Below are positions 1 to 20,106 of a stretch of DNA of 64,000 nt, in pieces (the first letter of the stretch is position 1; every line of letters starts with the position of its first letter). Source of the DNA: Scenedesmus sp. PABB004 (lineage: Eukaryota); contig JABVCE010000015.1 of assembly GCA_014905635.1 (NCBI GenBank), positions 248,001 to 312,000 on the forward strand, in the 5' to 3' direction. The notes beneath the pieces are model-generated. The model saw only the letters and a program-made list of their open reading frames with translations, searched no databases and was not told where the DNA came from. The position numbers and the translations under genes were made by a program.

Positions 1-202
1 GCCGGCGGCGTTGCTGCGCCAACGGCGCAGACCAATTGGGAGCTCCCCAGCATCGCCCACGCGCTGATCGCCAAGTAACACAGCAGCGCGGGGGTCGCTC
101 GCGCGCGTGCGCAAGCTCGCGCGCGCGCGCCCGCCCCACTCTCCCCGTCGCGACCCCGGCGGCGTCCCCCGCGCGTGCGCCGCGCAGACCCGGCAGAGCA
201 CC

Positions 203-8129
<7,927 letters not shown>

Positions 8130-8777
8130 GCGGCGCGGCACGCCGGCGCGGCGCGCGCGCGATGTTTGCGGCCGGCGGGCCGGCGGCAGGAGGTGTGAGC
8201 GGGCGCGGCCGCCGCGCGGCAAGCAGCAGCGGCAGGCGTGCGTGCTCTGTGGCGGGGGGTGCTAGTAGCGAGCGAGCAACGAGCAACGAGCAAGGGACGA
8301 CCGGCTGCGCCGCCAGCTGCGCCCGGTCAGCCGCCCGAGGTTTGGCATTCTCCCACGTCGTCGCCCCCAGCAAAAGCGGCCCCGCTGTCGTCCCGTTCGC
8401 ACAGCCCGCTCGCCCGCCAGCCCACGCGCGCTCGAGCCCTCCCGGAGCGCGAGCAACCGACCCCCGCCCCCCGCCGCGATCTCGGCCCGCCGCGCCGCCC
8501 CGCCCGCTCCCGCGCTTCCGGTGAGCGATTGACGGGCACACGCGCGCGCTCGGGGCGGCGCGCTGCGCCTGCGCGCGGCGCGGGGCGTGCCGGGCGCGCG
8601 GATCCCCCGACGCCCCACATTGCAGCCTCGCCGCGCGCCCCCGCGCCGTCCGAGCTGGCCCGTCGGGGCCTAAGCATGCCAAGCGGCCGCTCCACGTGCC
8701 CCCCTGACGCCGCGCGTGCCGGGCCGGGGCGGTGGTCGCGTGCATCTCACCGCCGCGACCGCCGCGCCGCAGGCGCC

Positions 8778-9126
8778 ATGGACCGCAAGCGCTCCATCCC
8801 GCACGTGCCCTCCTTCAACGACTTCTGCTCCTTCGTCGAGCCGATGGAGCTGCCGGTGCGCTGATGCTCTCGCGCCGCCGCGCACGCGCCCCCATGCCCC
8901 GCCGCACCCCACGCCCACGCCCCCTCTCACTCCGCCCCGCCCCGCCCGGCAGCCCCTGAAGCTCGCCGCGCCGGGCTCCGCGCCCAAGCTGGCGCGCTCC
9001 TGGTCGGTCGAGAGCGACGAGTACACGCCGCGCTCGGGGCCGCCCGCCGACGCTCCCACGCCGCGGCGCGCGTCGTTCGCGGAGACGCTCTCACGTGCCC
9101 TCTACGAGAACATGCGCACCAACTGA
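8778..9126 (+). CDS. Small uncharacterised protein, 83 aa, 2 coding exons (8778-8855, 8953-9126)
   Basis: gccATGg context, GT-AG intron keeping frame and coding-like codon use: MDRKRSIPHVPSFNDFCSFVEPMELP/PLKLAAPGSAPKLARSWSVESDEYTPRSGPPADAPTPRRASFAETLSRALYENMRTN*. Confidence 0.7.
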
Positions 9127-9654
9127 CCGTCAATTGTGTGATGCATCGTGTGTATGAGGCCGCGCGCCGTGGCGATGAGGCCGTGGCGATGATGAGGCCG
9201 TGACGCGGCGCCGTGCGGCGGCGGGCCCCGCGCCCGCCGCCCACGCGCGCCGCGCGCGGCTGATGATGATGATGGTGGGTGGGGCCCCCCCTGCTTTTCA
9301 CGCGCCGAGCTGCCTTTGTGGGCTGCCGCTGCTGCTGCTTCGTTTTGCTTTGTCGTGTGTGCGTCGACTGCACTGGTGGTGTGTGCGTGCGTGCCACCGT
9401 GGGGGCCGGCGCGCCGAGCATGCGCCGCGCGCCGGCCGGTGTCCCTCAACTCTGTCTGCCTCGCCCGCCTGTGGCGTGCCGCCTCCTGCTTCCTGCCTCC
9501 GTCCGAGCGCCTGCGCTGTCACCACCTGTCACCCTGTTTTGGCCGCGTGAGCGACTGCTGCTGCTGCGTGTGCGCGCGTGTTTGAGCGTGTTTGAGCTGC
9601 TGTGCCCGAGCGAGTTGAGCGAGTAAGTGCGTTGCAATGTCTCACCGCGCCGGG

Positions 9655-12600
9655 TCAGGTTGCCGCGGCCGCCGCGGCGTCGGGCGGCGGGAACGGCACG
9701 TCCGGCCGCGACTCCGGCGGCGCGGCGCTGCTCGCGAAGCTCAGGCCCTCGTACTTGGGCCAGGCCGGCAGCCGCGGGCGCTCGTCATCGCCCGGCGCCT
9801 CGCCGCCGTCGCCCGCCGCGTCGTCGTCGGCCGCGTCGGCCGCCTCGGCGGCGCCTGCGCGCCGCCGCTGGCGGCGTGAGCGCGTGGTGTCTCCGCCCCG
9901 TGCGCTGCAGGCGGCCAGCGCCCTGCCCGCGCGCACACACACACACGCGCTCACCCGGCGGCAGCGCGTACGCGCCCTCGCCGCGCAGCGTGGGCCCGTG
10001 CGGCGCGACGATGTGCGCGGCCGCCGCGGGCGGCAGCCCGGCCACGCGGAACGCCGCCAGCGTGAAGCTGCATGGCCCTGCGCGCGCGCGGGCAGCGTCG
10101 CGCGGCGTCCTCCGCAGCCGATGCCGCTGCCGCGCGCAGCGCAGCACGCGCAGCGCGCGGCCCGCGCGGGCTTTGCTGCGCACCCGCGGGCAGGCCGGCG
10201 GCAAAGGTCCCCTCAAAGAGGTAGTCCGGCCGGTCGTAGCTCCCCTGCCCGCGCAGCGCGCCGCGCTCCCACCGCCCGCGCAGGACGCCGCCGCCGGCAT
10301 CCCAGTGCGCGCCGTCGCCGTGCTTGCGCCCGCCGCGCCAGCCGCCGGTGTGGCAGGAGGCGTCGGGGTAGATGTACACCCCCTGGCCGGCGCGGGGCCG
10401 GCGGGGCGGCGGGCGCGCGTGCGCGGCGGGTTTAGATGTGTGAGGCAGGACGGGCGCCCGCCGCCGGGGCAGCGCGGGGCTTGCTGCGGCGCCGCAACGC
10501 GGGCGGCAGGCGCCCACGCGCGCGGTCGCGGGCCGCGCGGCGCACGGGGCACGCGCCTCGCCGTCGAAGCGGTCGGCCGCAAAGCTGCCGGCGTAGAGGG
10601 CGCCGTCGGGGAGCAGCAGCAGCCCCGGCCCGTCGCGGCGCCCGCCGGCGTAGCGCCCGAGGTGCGCCGCGCCGCTGGCAAAGAGGTACAGCCCCAGGCC
10701 TGCGCGCGCGGGCGGGCGGGCCGTCGCGGCCGCGGGCGGGGCACGCGAAGCTGGCCAGCCCACCATGGCCGCGCGTGAGCGGGGCTGCCGCAGGCTGGTC
10801 GAACCCCCGGTCAACGCGCCGGCGCACCCGACTTGGCGTCAGCGTCGTAGCCGCCAAAGTAGGTGTCGCGGTTGCCGTACGCCACCTTGGCCGCGGCCGA
10901 GCACCGCCGCCCCGCCGCGTCGAGCTCGCCTGCGCGCGGCGCGCGCCGCGCGGCGCTCGGCCGCCCGCCCGCGGCGCTGCGTGCGCTGGGTGCGGCGCGG
11001 CGCGAGCGACGGCGCAGTCGCCACGCGCGCGCGTGCGCGCACCATCATAGGCCAGCAGCGTCGCCACTGTGCCGGCGAGGTCCTCGGGCCCCGCGCCGCC
11101 GCCCGCCGCGCCCAGCACACGCAGCCGCCACTCGCCGCGCGCCTGCACAGGGGCCGCGCGCGTGCGTACGCCGCCTCGGCGCGGCTCGCTGCGCGAACGG
11201 CACGCGCGCCGCCAGGGGGCCCAGCCGCCGCCGCGCCGCGCCGCGCGGCGTCGCACCAGCCGCAGGTCGGGCCCGCCCTCCTCCTCCTCCTCGTCCAGGC
11301 CCTCCTCCTCGGCCTTGGCGCGCGCGGCCGCGAGCTCAGCCTCCAGCTGCGGCGGCGGGCCGCGGCGCGCGCGTGAGCGGGGCTGCCCCCGCGGCGGCCG
11401 CCGCGCGCGCGCCACGCGCCGCGCCGCGCCGCGCGCGCCTGCTTGCGCGCCGCGAGCGCCGCGCGCAGCAGCTCCTTGCCGCGCTCAGGGTCTGCGGCCG
11501 GCGCAGACGGGAGGTCGCGCGGCGCGCCGCGGCCAGCCGCCCGCGCGCGCGCGCGCGCCGCGCCGCCCTGCGTAACCGCGCCCCGCCGCGCGCACCCGCC
11601 ACGAGCGCGCCGACGTCGGCCGCGCCGCTGCCCGCCCAGGCGGCCCACGCGGAGTCGCGGTACTCCCGGTACAGCTTGAGCGCCACCACCTGGCTCAGGT
11701 GGCCGTCCGCGCCGTGCGCGCTGTCCCAGCGATAGTGCGCAAGCACCCTGCGGGGGGCCCCGGCGCAGGCGCGCGCGCGCGGCGGACGGCGGGCTCGGCC
11801 CAGCGCGCGGGCCGGCGGCGGCGCGGGCGGGGCGCGGCGGGCGCGGCCGCGCTCGCGCGCACCTGGGCGTCGCGCCCGGCGCGGCGCGGCGCGGCCGCGG
11901 CGGCTCGCCGTCCGCGCCCTCGCCGTCGCGGCCCGGCGGCGGCGGCTGCTCCCCGCCCGGCGGGCTCGGCTCCTCCAGCACCAGCCGCGCCTGGCGTGCG
12001 GCGTCCGGAAGCCCGCGCGGTCAGCACCTCGCCCGCTACGCAGCGCGCGGCAGCTGGCGCGGCTGCTGACAGGCGCCACCACCCAACCCACCTGCAGGCT
12101 CTTGACGTTCTTGAGGCCGCTGCCGCCAAACGTGGCCATGCTCAGCAGCGCCGCACGCGTGCCGGGCGGCAGCTCCGCCAGCGAGAGGTGCAGCTGCGCG
12201 GCGCGGCGCGCGGTCAGCGGGCCGCGCGCGCGGCTGCCGGCGGCGACCTGCCCCCCCCCCCCCCCCCCCCCCGGCCGCCGCGCCCGAGCGGCACCGCACC
12301 CTGCGCTTCAGGGGGAAGCGCTCCGCCAGGGGCCGCTGGTTGGCCGCCGCGCGCGCCGCCGCGGCCGCCGCCGCCTCGGCCTTGGCCGCCGCGCGCGCCG
12401 CAGCTGCCGCCTCGCTCTCCTCCTTCGGCTCCGCCGCCGGCCCCTCCTCGCCGTCGCCCTCCTCGCCGTCGCCGCCGTGCTCACTGCCGCCGGCGCTGCC
12501 CGGCCCAGGCGCGGCCTCCTCACCCTCCGCCGGCTCCTCCTCCTCCTCCTCCTCCTCCTCCTCCTCCTCCTCCTCGTCCAGCACGACGCCCTCGCACTCG

Positions 12601-14335
12601 CCCGCGTCGGCGCTGACCGTGGCCAGCTCCTCGCCCTGCGCGCGGCGGCGCGCGGCGACACTCACCGCGGCGCGCGCGGGCCGCGCCCTGCTGCTGTGTC
12701 CGCCTCCTCCCCCGCTGCGCGGCCGCTGCTAGCTGTGCCTGGAGGTTGTAGAGCGTCAGGGCAAACTCCACCGCCGGCGGGTCCTCCTCGTCCTCCTCCT
12801 CGCCCCCGGCGCGCGGCGGAAATACCTCCCAGCCCAGCTCAAGCACCATGCGGTCCGGCGGCGCGGCCGCGGGGGCGCGGCGGCCGCCGCGCCGGCCTCC
12901 GTGCCGCCCTCGCCACCTGGCTTGGCCTCCGCGCCGCCGTCCTCGCCCGCTGCCTCGGCCTCCGCGCTGCCCGCCGCGCCCGCCACCGCCGGCGGCGCGT
13001 CCGACTGCTGCAGGCGCGCCGCGAGCTCGGCGAGCGACGCGTCCTCGCCGGGCCGGCTGCACACGACGCGCTCGCGCGGCAGCCGCCGCGCGCCATCGGC
13101 GGCGGAGAGGCCCGGCCAGCGCTGCAGCAGCGCGCGCAGCTCCGGCAGCACCAGGCCCCACGCGTCCGCCGGGTAGCTGGTGCAGTCGAAGCTGAGCGTC
13201 CAGCCCGCGGGCGTCTGCGGCGCCGCGGGCGCGCCGCGCGGTCAGCGGGGCACCGCGTCGCGCGCGCACGCCAGAGGGCGCCGGCCAGCCAGCCCGCGCG
13301 CGGGCGGGCGCCCGCATATGCGTCTGACGTCGCCGCCCTGCCCCTGTGAGAGCCAGAGCCGCGCGCCGCACCGTGTAGACGGCGCCAATGACCATGGTCT
13401 GGTGCCCGTTGCTGAGCGGCCCCGCGCCGCGCGGCGCGGGCGCGCCGACAAAGGACGAGAGGTCCACGTCCAGCAGCTGCGCCTGCGCCTTGCCCAGCTC
13501 GCGCGCGTGGACCCTGTGGCGGGCGGCGGCGGCCGCGAGCGGCTCGGCCGGGCGCGGCGCGCAGCCGGGCCTGCGCGGCCGCCCGCCTGCCCGCGGCGCG
13601 GCGCGTGGCGCGGCGCACCCAAACTGCAGCCGCCCGCTGAGGCCCAGGTCGTTGCGGCGCAGCGCGCTCCGCGGCGCCGACGCGAGCAGCAGCAGCACCT
13701 GCGCCGCGGAGGGGGAGGGCGCGCGCGGCGCGGCCCGCCGAGCTCGGGCGCGCGCCGGCCGGCGCGCCGCCCGCCGCCGCGCACGCAGCACGCGGTCGGC
13801 AGGCGCCGGCCGGCGCGCGCCACGCGGCCCCGCACCTCGCACTGGGGCGAAAAGTCAAACGGATACATGTGCAGCGCCTCGTCGCCGGGCACGGCGTCGG
13901 CGGGCGCCAGGAAGGAGCACGCGGCGTGGCGCAGCGCGCCGTTGAGCGCGGCGCGGCGGTTGGACTGGACGTAGTCCAGCACGCCGCCCTCGCGGTCTGC
14001 GCGGCGGCGCCGCGGAGCGCGTCGTGCCGGCGCCGCACCGCAGGTGGCGCCGGCGGCGCGCCGCGCGCGCAAGGGGCACCCGCTGCCCCCGCCCCATGCC
14101 GTGGCGCCACGGCCAAGCGCCACCGCTCGCACCGAAGCAGAGGCATGCGAGCTCCACCGCCGCGCTCGGCGCGGCGTCGGAGCGGTAGCTCAGCGCGAAG
14201 CTGCGGCGCGCGGAGCAGCGCGCGTGAGCGCCGGCGCCGTGCCAAGCGGCGGGACCCTGCGCCCGCCCCTGCGACGCACCTGAGCTTCTCCGACTTGAAC
14301 GGCAGCACGGTGGGGCCGCCGGGCAGGCCCGCCAT
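9655..14335 (-). CDS. RSP1: MORN-repeat protein, probable flagellar radial spoke head protein RSP1-like; multi-exon
   Basis: ATG 14335 (MAGLPGGPTVLPFKSEKLR) and acidic Glu tracts. C-terminal MORN repeats YFGGYDADAKSGLGLYLFASG, LYAGSFAADRFDGEGVYIYPD, HTGGWRGGRKHGDGAHWD and YLFEGTFAAGLPAG. Tail PRLPAWPKYEGLSF resembles the Chlamydomonas RSP1 C-terminus as I recall it (not verified by search). Confidence 0.72.
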
Positions 14336-14673
14336 CGCAGCAGCTGTTGGGCGCGGGCGCGCGTTCGGTTGACCGGCCGCGTCGGGGCCGGCTCGGGGCC
14401 AGACCGCCCGCACAGGTCTGCCCGTGGCGTGCTGCAGCCTGTCGCGAGCGCGGGAGGCCGGGCGGCGCGGCGGCGGCTCAGCGCTCAACCCTTCGCAGCG
14501 ACGTCTGCTGCAATCACCACCAGCCCACCAGCCTCCGGCCGCCCTGCCCCCTCCGCGAATGCGACGCCGTCCGCCCTCCTCCGCCCGTGCTGTCAGCGTG
14601 AAGGCCGCTGCTCGCCGCGCGGCGCCGGCGCCGCCGCTGCTGCTGCACCCGCCGCGCTCGCCGCCGGCGCGCT

Positions 14674-15250
14674 ATGGGGGCGTCGCCGCCGCCGCCGCTG
14701 TCGGTGCCGGTGCGCTGGCCGCGGGGTCCCGTCGCGTGGGTGATCGTCGCGACCTACTTGCCCTCGCTCGCCGTCGCGTTCCTCCCGGCGGCGCGCGGCG
14801 TGCCGGGGCTGGCGCAGCTCTGGGCGCTCTCGCTCGCGCTGCTGCGGTGCGCGCTCACGCCGCCGCCGCTGGCTGGGCCGGCGCCGCCGCGGGCGCGCCG
14901 CCGCCGGCGGCGCGGGGCCGGCCACCCACGGCCCCCGCGGCGCGGCCCGCAGGACCGAGCACGCCGTGCGCCTGGTCATGACCGCGGCGGTCGGGGCGCA
15001 CACGCTGGAGGGGCTGGCAGCGCTCGTGGTCTGCCGGCGCGCGGGCCTCGCGGGCGCGCAGGCCATGTGCGGCGCGGCGCGCGACCGGCCGGCGCCCGGC
15101 CGCCGCCGGGAGCCCGCGCCGCTCACCGCCGCCCCCCGCCGGCGCCGGCGCAGGGGTTGGGTGTCGCTGACGCTGCTGCTGGGGTGCGGCGCGCTGCTGC
15201 CGCTGCGGCGCGGCATCGCGGCGGCGCGGCGGCGGCGCAAGGCCGGGTGA
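14674..15250 (+). CDS. Small membrane protein, TMEM254/DUF4499-like, 3 exons
   Basis: Hydrophobic segments [42 protein letters not shown] (H-x-x-E motif) and [17 protein letters not shown], joined across GT-AG introns; TGA ends 15250. Confidence 0.6.
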
Positions 15251-15595
15251 TCGGCGGTGCTGGAGCTCGCTGCCGGTGCGCGCTCTGCTGCTGTGCGATT
15301 GGGCTCTGGGTCCAGGGCTGGGCTCGGGCGAGCAACTCTCTGTTTCTCGCTCGCGCGCGCCGCGCGCCCAGCGCGCGCTGCGCGCCTGCGCACCTGCGGT
15401 GGCGCGCCGACCGCGCCGAGCGGCGGCGGCGGCCCAGCAGGAAGCGGGCGCGGCCGGCAGGCCGCTGCCCGCCGGGCGCTCAGCGCCGAGCGGCGCGGCG
15501 CCGGCGCGGCGCCGCCGCGCAGCGCACCGGCGCGGCCCGCGCGGGCGGCGGCGACGCCGGCAGCCGCTCGGGGGCGCGGCGCGCGCAGGGCGTGC

Positions 15596-15670
15596 GGGGT
15601 CGCTGGCGTCGTTGCGCCGTGATGACGACGGGGGTCGCTGGCGTCGTTGCGCCGTGATGACGACGGGGGT
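15596..15670. repeat. Perfect 35-bp tandem duplication upstream of petC
   Basis: ggggtcgctggcgtcgttgcgccgtgatgacgacg at 15596-15630 and 15631-15665, followed by ggggt. Confidence 0.95.
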
Positions 15671-15764
15671 ATTAGCACGATCAACCGCGCGCTGCTGCTG
15701 CCCCGCCGCGGTGTGCCGGCCATTGCGCGCGCGCGGCACACCTTCCCACCCCCAGACCTCCACC

Positions 15765-17296
15765 ATGGCCCTCGCCTGCAGCACCAGCCGCGTGAGCGCC
15801 CTCCGGGCGCCCGCCCCCGCGCGGGCCAGCAGGGCCCTGCGCCTGCCCGTGCGCGCCGCTGCTGCCGCTGCGGAGGTGCCGGGTGCGTGGAATGGGGGAG
15901 GATCTCGCGCTACCCCCAGCGCAGGGCGGGCGCTGGCCGCGTTGGAGGGGGCGGCATCTCGCCTGCCCTTGCGCTGCTGCTGCCCGCGCGCGTCGCACAG
16001 GGCCGTCCCCCGCCCGCGCCGCCTCGCAGACATGAACAAGCGCAACATCATGAACCTCATCCTGCTCGGTGAGGCGCCGCGGCGGGGCGCCGCGGCGGGG
16101 CGGGCAGCAATCGCGCGGCGCCGACGCGCCCTGCCGGCGGGCGCGCCTCGCACGGGCCGTGCGCGCTGCCGGGGAGGGCGCACTGACGCGCTCGCGCCCT
16201 CACGCGCGTCGCAGGCGGCATCTCGCTGCCCGTGGCGGGCCTCGCGGGCCCCTACGCGCTCTTCTTCGTGCCCAAGGGCTCCGGCGGCGCGGGCGGCGGC
16301 CAGGCCGCCAAGGACGCGCTCGGCAACGACGTCAAGAGCAACGCCTGGCTCGCCTCGCACCCCAAGGGCGACCGCCAGCTCACGCAGGGCCTCAAGGTGC
16401 GGGCGAGCACTCCCGCCCGCCCGCGCCCCCTGCGCCCGCGATCGCGGCGCCCCGGGCGCGCAGGGAGGCCCGCGGGCGCGCCGACGTCGCAGCGGGGGCG
16501 CGCCGCGGCGCGGCGCCGGCCGCGGCGCCGCCGGCGCCGGCGCGCCATCACGCTGCGCCGCGCCCGCCCGCGCGGCCCGTGCGCAGGGCGACCCCACCTA
16601 CCTGATCGTGACCAACGACGGCACGATCGAGAAGTACGGCCTCAACGCCGTCTGCACGCACCTGGGCTGCGTCGTGCCCTGGGTCGGGGTGAGCCGCTGC
16701 GCGGCGCCGCGGCGCGGGCGACCAGCTGCTTGCGCCCGCCGGCCGCCGCAGCAGCGCTCCGCCGGCGGCGCGCGGCCGGCTGAGCGCTGCCCCGTCCCGC
16801 GCGCCGCGCGCGCCAGGCCGAGAACAAGTTCAAGTGCCCCTGCCACGGCAGCCAGTACGACTCCACCGGCAAGAAGATCCGCGGCCCCGCGCCCCTGGTG
16901 AGCCCGCAGCCGCGGCGGCGCGGAGCGGACTGACGGAGCGGCGGCAGCTGCGGCAGCGGTTTGGGGCGGCGCGCGGCGGCGGCCCGCGCGCGGCGTGCCG
17001 CTGCCTGCTGCTGCTCACCCGGCTGCGCCCCGCCGCGCCCGCGCAGTCCCTGGCGCTGGCGCACGTGGACATCGCCGAGGACGACACCGTGCTGTTCAGC
17101 AGCTGGTGCGCGGCCGCGCGCCGGGCGCCGCGGGCCGCGGCCGGCAGCGGCGGCGGGCGACGGGCGGCGGGCGGCGGGCGGCAGCGGCGCGCGCGCCCCC
17201 CCCCCCCCCCCCCCCGCCCTGACCCGCCCGCGCGCCTGTCCCGCTTGCAGGACCGAGACCGACTTCCGCACCAACGAGGCGCCCTGGTGGAAGTAG
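15765..17296 (+). CDS. petC: Cytochrome b6f Rieske iron-sulfur subunit, chloroplast precursor; 7 exons
   Basis: Transit peptide [14 protein letters not shown], then [28 protein letters not shown], Rieske boxes [13 protein letters not shown] and [22 protein letters not shown] and [15 protein letters not shown]. Confidence 0.98.
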
Positions 17297-17798
17297 GCGC
17301 GACGCCGCACACGGCGTGGCGGCGAGCGGCCACGGCAGCTGGCGGCGCGGCGGCCCGCAGCAGCAGCGGCGGCTGCGGCGCCCGCGGCGGCGGCGCCGGC
17401 GGCTGGGGCGCGCCCCCGCAGCTGCGCCCGGCGGCCGCCGTGCGCGCCAGCGCGCGCGGCGGCGGCCCGGGCGGAGGGTTGGCGGTGCAGGAGGAGGGAG
17501 CCGCGGCCGGCGCCGGCGCGCGGCGCTGCGCGGCGCAGCGCCGCGGCGCCGGCCGGCGGGCGGCGGCGGGCGGTGCGGCAGCAGCGCGCGCGGCACCCGC
17601 GCGCGGCGCGCCTGCGTGCGCGCAGAGAGGGCGAGCGGCGGCCGGCGGGCGCGCCCGCCGGCCGGGCGTGGAGGAGGAGCGTGTTTCTTTCCGGGCCGCG
17701 CCCCGCGGCGCCGCGCTCGCGCCCAACGCGGCTGCGGCGCGGGCTGGCGCGGGGCCGCGCCCTTCTTCTCGTGTGTGTGCGTGCGCGCGCGCCGCGTG

Positions 17799-17803
17799 TG
17801 TAA
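17799..17803 (+). terminator. TGTAA polyadenylation signal, probable for petC
   Basis: UGUAA is the established chlorophyte poly(A) signal. It also occurs after the bZIP (30647), RAF1 (37921) and the protease (42158). Confidence 0.5.
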
Positions 17804-18278
17804 CAGCGCGCACCTTGCCGCCGCCGCCGTCGCCTGTCGCCCGCCTGTCGCCCGCCGGCGGCGGGTCAACGGTCAGCGCCGAGCGTCACGCCGCCGCCAG
17901 CCTTCCCCTCCCCGCTCTCCAGCGAGCCCAGTGCTGTTGATCCCAGAGAGCGAAGGGAACCGCGGAGCGAGAGGAGGGACGCAGCGCGCGGCTGAGGCTG
18001 CTGCTCCAAGAGAGAATAGCCCCAGCGCGCCCGAACGACGGTGCGCACGCGCCCCTGAGCTGTTGCGGGCCCGAGGCGCCGCCCCGGCCGAGCGGCCCGC
18101 AGCGCGGAGCTCCCAGTGCGCCGCAGAGCAGAGCTCGCGGCGCGTAGCCCGCCAGCGCGCGCCACAGGCGTCGCGCGGCCAATCGCGCGCGCCTGTGAGC
18201 TCACAGGCTTAGGGTCGACCGCGGGCGCGCAGGGCGCCTGGAGCCGAGCCGGCAGCAGGCGCACCCAGCTCCACCAAG

Positions 18279-20106
18279 ATGGCGCCTTCTCAGGTGGAGC
18301 GGCCTGAGCGCCCCGAGCGCGCGCGCGCGGAGGCCGACCAGGTCCTGTGCGACCACACGCTGCGCACGGTGCGGCCGGCCGAGGCAGCGGCGCCGGCGGC
18401 GGCGGCGGTGGGCGCGGCGCCGCCGCTGCCCGCGTGGCGCGGGGCCGTCGCCGACCCCCCCCCCCCGTCTGCGCCGCGCCAGGTGCTCTCCTTCCTGGAC
18501 GCCGGCGACCTGCTCGGCGCGGCGGCGCTCGTGTCGCGGCGCTGGGGCGAGGCGAGCGAGTGCAAGGAGGTCTGGCGACGGTGCGCGCGCCCGCGCGCCC
18601 GCGCTCGCCGCCGCCCGCCCGCCCAGTCCTCGCCGCGGCTCACCCGCGCCGCGGCCCGCCCGCGCTGCCGCCGCCAGGCGCATGCACGCGCCGCTGCTGT
18701 CGCTCTATGCTGCCGCGGGCCCGGCGCCGGGCGGTGCGGCGACGCGCGGCCTGCCGCCGCCGGCGCGGCTCTTTACTGCCGTCTACGCCGCCGAGCTGCT
18801 CGCCAACCCGGCCTTCCTGGAGCGCGACAACGCGGCCAAGGCCGCCGACGCCGCCGCGCCGCGCGGCGGGCGCGCGTGGGTGAGAGCGCCCCGGGCGCGC
18901 GCCGCCGCGGCCCGCGCCCGCCCGCCCGCGCCCGCGCGGGCGGGCGGCCGGCGGCGGGGCGGCCCTTCGCGCGACGGCGCGCCTCACCCGCGCGCCGGCC
19001 CGCAGGAGGCGACGCACAACGCGCGCGCGCTGACGTGGGCGCACCCCTTTGACTTCTTCCCCGAGCTCGGCCCCCTGCCCGCGCCGCGCGGCGGCGGCGC
19101 TGCGCCCAAGCCCTTCAGCGTCGGCTGCATCGCCGCCGCGCCGTGCGCGGGCTGGACCGAGATGGCGCAGGCACGCCGCGCCGCGCGCGCCGCGGCGCGG
19201 GGTCGCCGGCCCCGGGCCACGCGCGCGCGCGGCGGCGCCGCCGCCTGCGCTGGGCGCTGAGGGCGCCGCGCCCGCTCCTGCGCCCGCGCGCAGGTGGTAG
19301 ACCTCGCCGCAGTGCTCGAGCGCCGTGGCGTGCCGGCGGAGGTCACGCCCACGGTGCTCGCCGCGGGGCTCACGCTCGATTTCGAGGTCATGGTCGCCGG
19401 CGGGTGCGGCGGCGCTCCGCGGCGGGGTCCAGCAGCAGGCGCCGCGCGCCCTCGCCTCGCCGGCGCCGCGCGCGCGTCGCCCGCGGCCCCGCGTCACCGC
19501 CCGCGCCGACCGCGCCGACCGCGCCGACCGCGCGCGCAGCGCCATCGCGGGCGGCGAGTACCAGGTGGCCCTGCTGCTCCTCACGGCGGACGATGTGGAC
19601 GCGGCGACGGCGGCGGCGGCGGCGGAGGCGGCGGAGGCGGCCGGCGGCGGCGGCGCGGCGCTGCCGCTCGCGGCGCTGCCGCTCGCGGCGCTGCCCCGGA
19701 GCGTGCTGCCGTTTGGCCACCCGCCGGCGGGCGGCCCCGGCCCCGCGGCCGCGGCGCGCGCCAACCTCGCGGCGCTGGGGTTCAGTCGCGGCAGCATCGC
19801 GTTCGCGCGCGCGCCGCTGCAGCCCACGCCCGGCGACTGGTCGCGCTGCGCGTACAGGTGCGCCGGCCGTGGCGCGGCGGCGGCAGCCCCGCCGCGCGCG
19901 CACGCGCCCGCGCCCGCGCGGCGCGCCCCGACCGGCGCGCCGCCGCCGCCGCCGCGGCCGCGTGCAGGGTCGAGCTGCCGCGCGGGCGGGCCGTGAGCCA
20001 CGTCGTCGTCGCGCTGCGGGGCCGCGCGACGCGCAGCCGGCGTGGACACTACGCGACCAAGTTTGCGGCCGCGTGCCTGCGCTTTGTCCCCGCCGACCAG
20101 TGCTGA
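18279..20106 (+). CDS. F-box protein with C-terminal FBA (Fbs/FBXO2/6-type) domain; multi-exon
   Basis: F-box LCDHTLRTVLSFLDAGDLLGAAALVSRRWGEASECKEVWRR; FBA-like landmarks ELLANPAF, EMAQVVDL, GDWSRCAYRVEL and VVVALRGR...GHYATKFAAACLRF. Confidence 0.72.
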
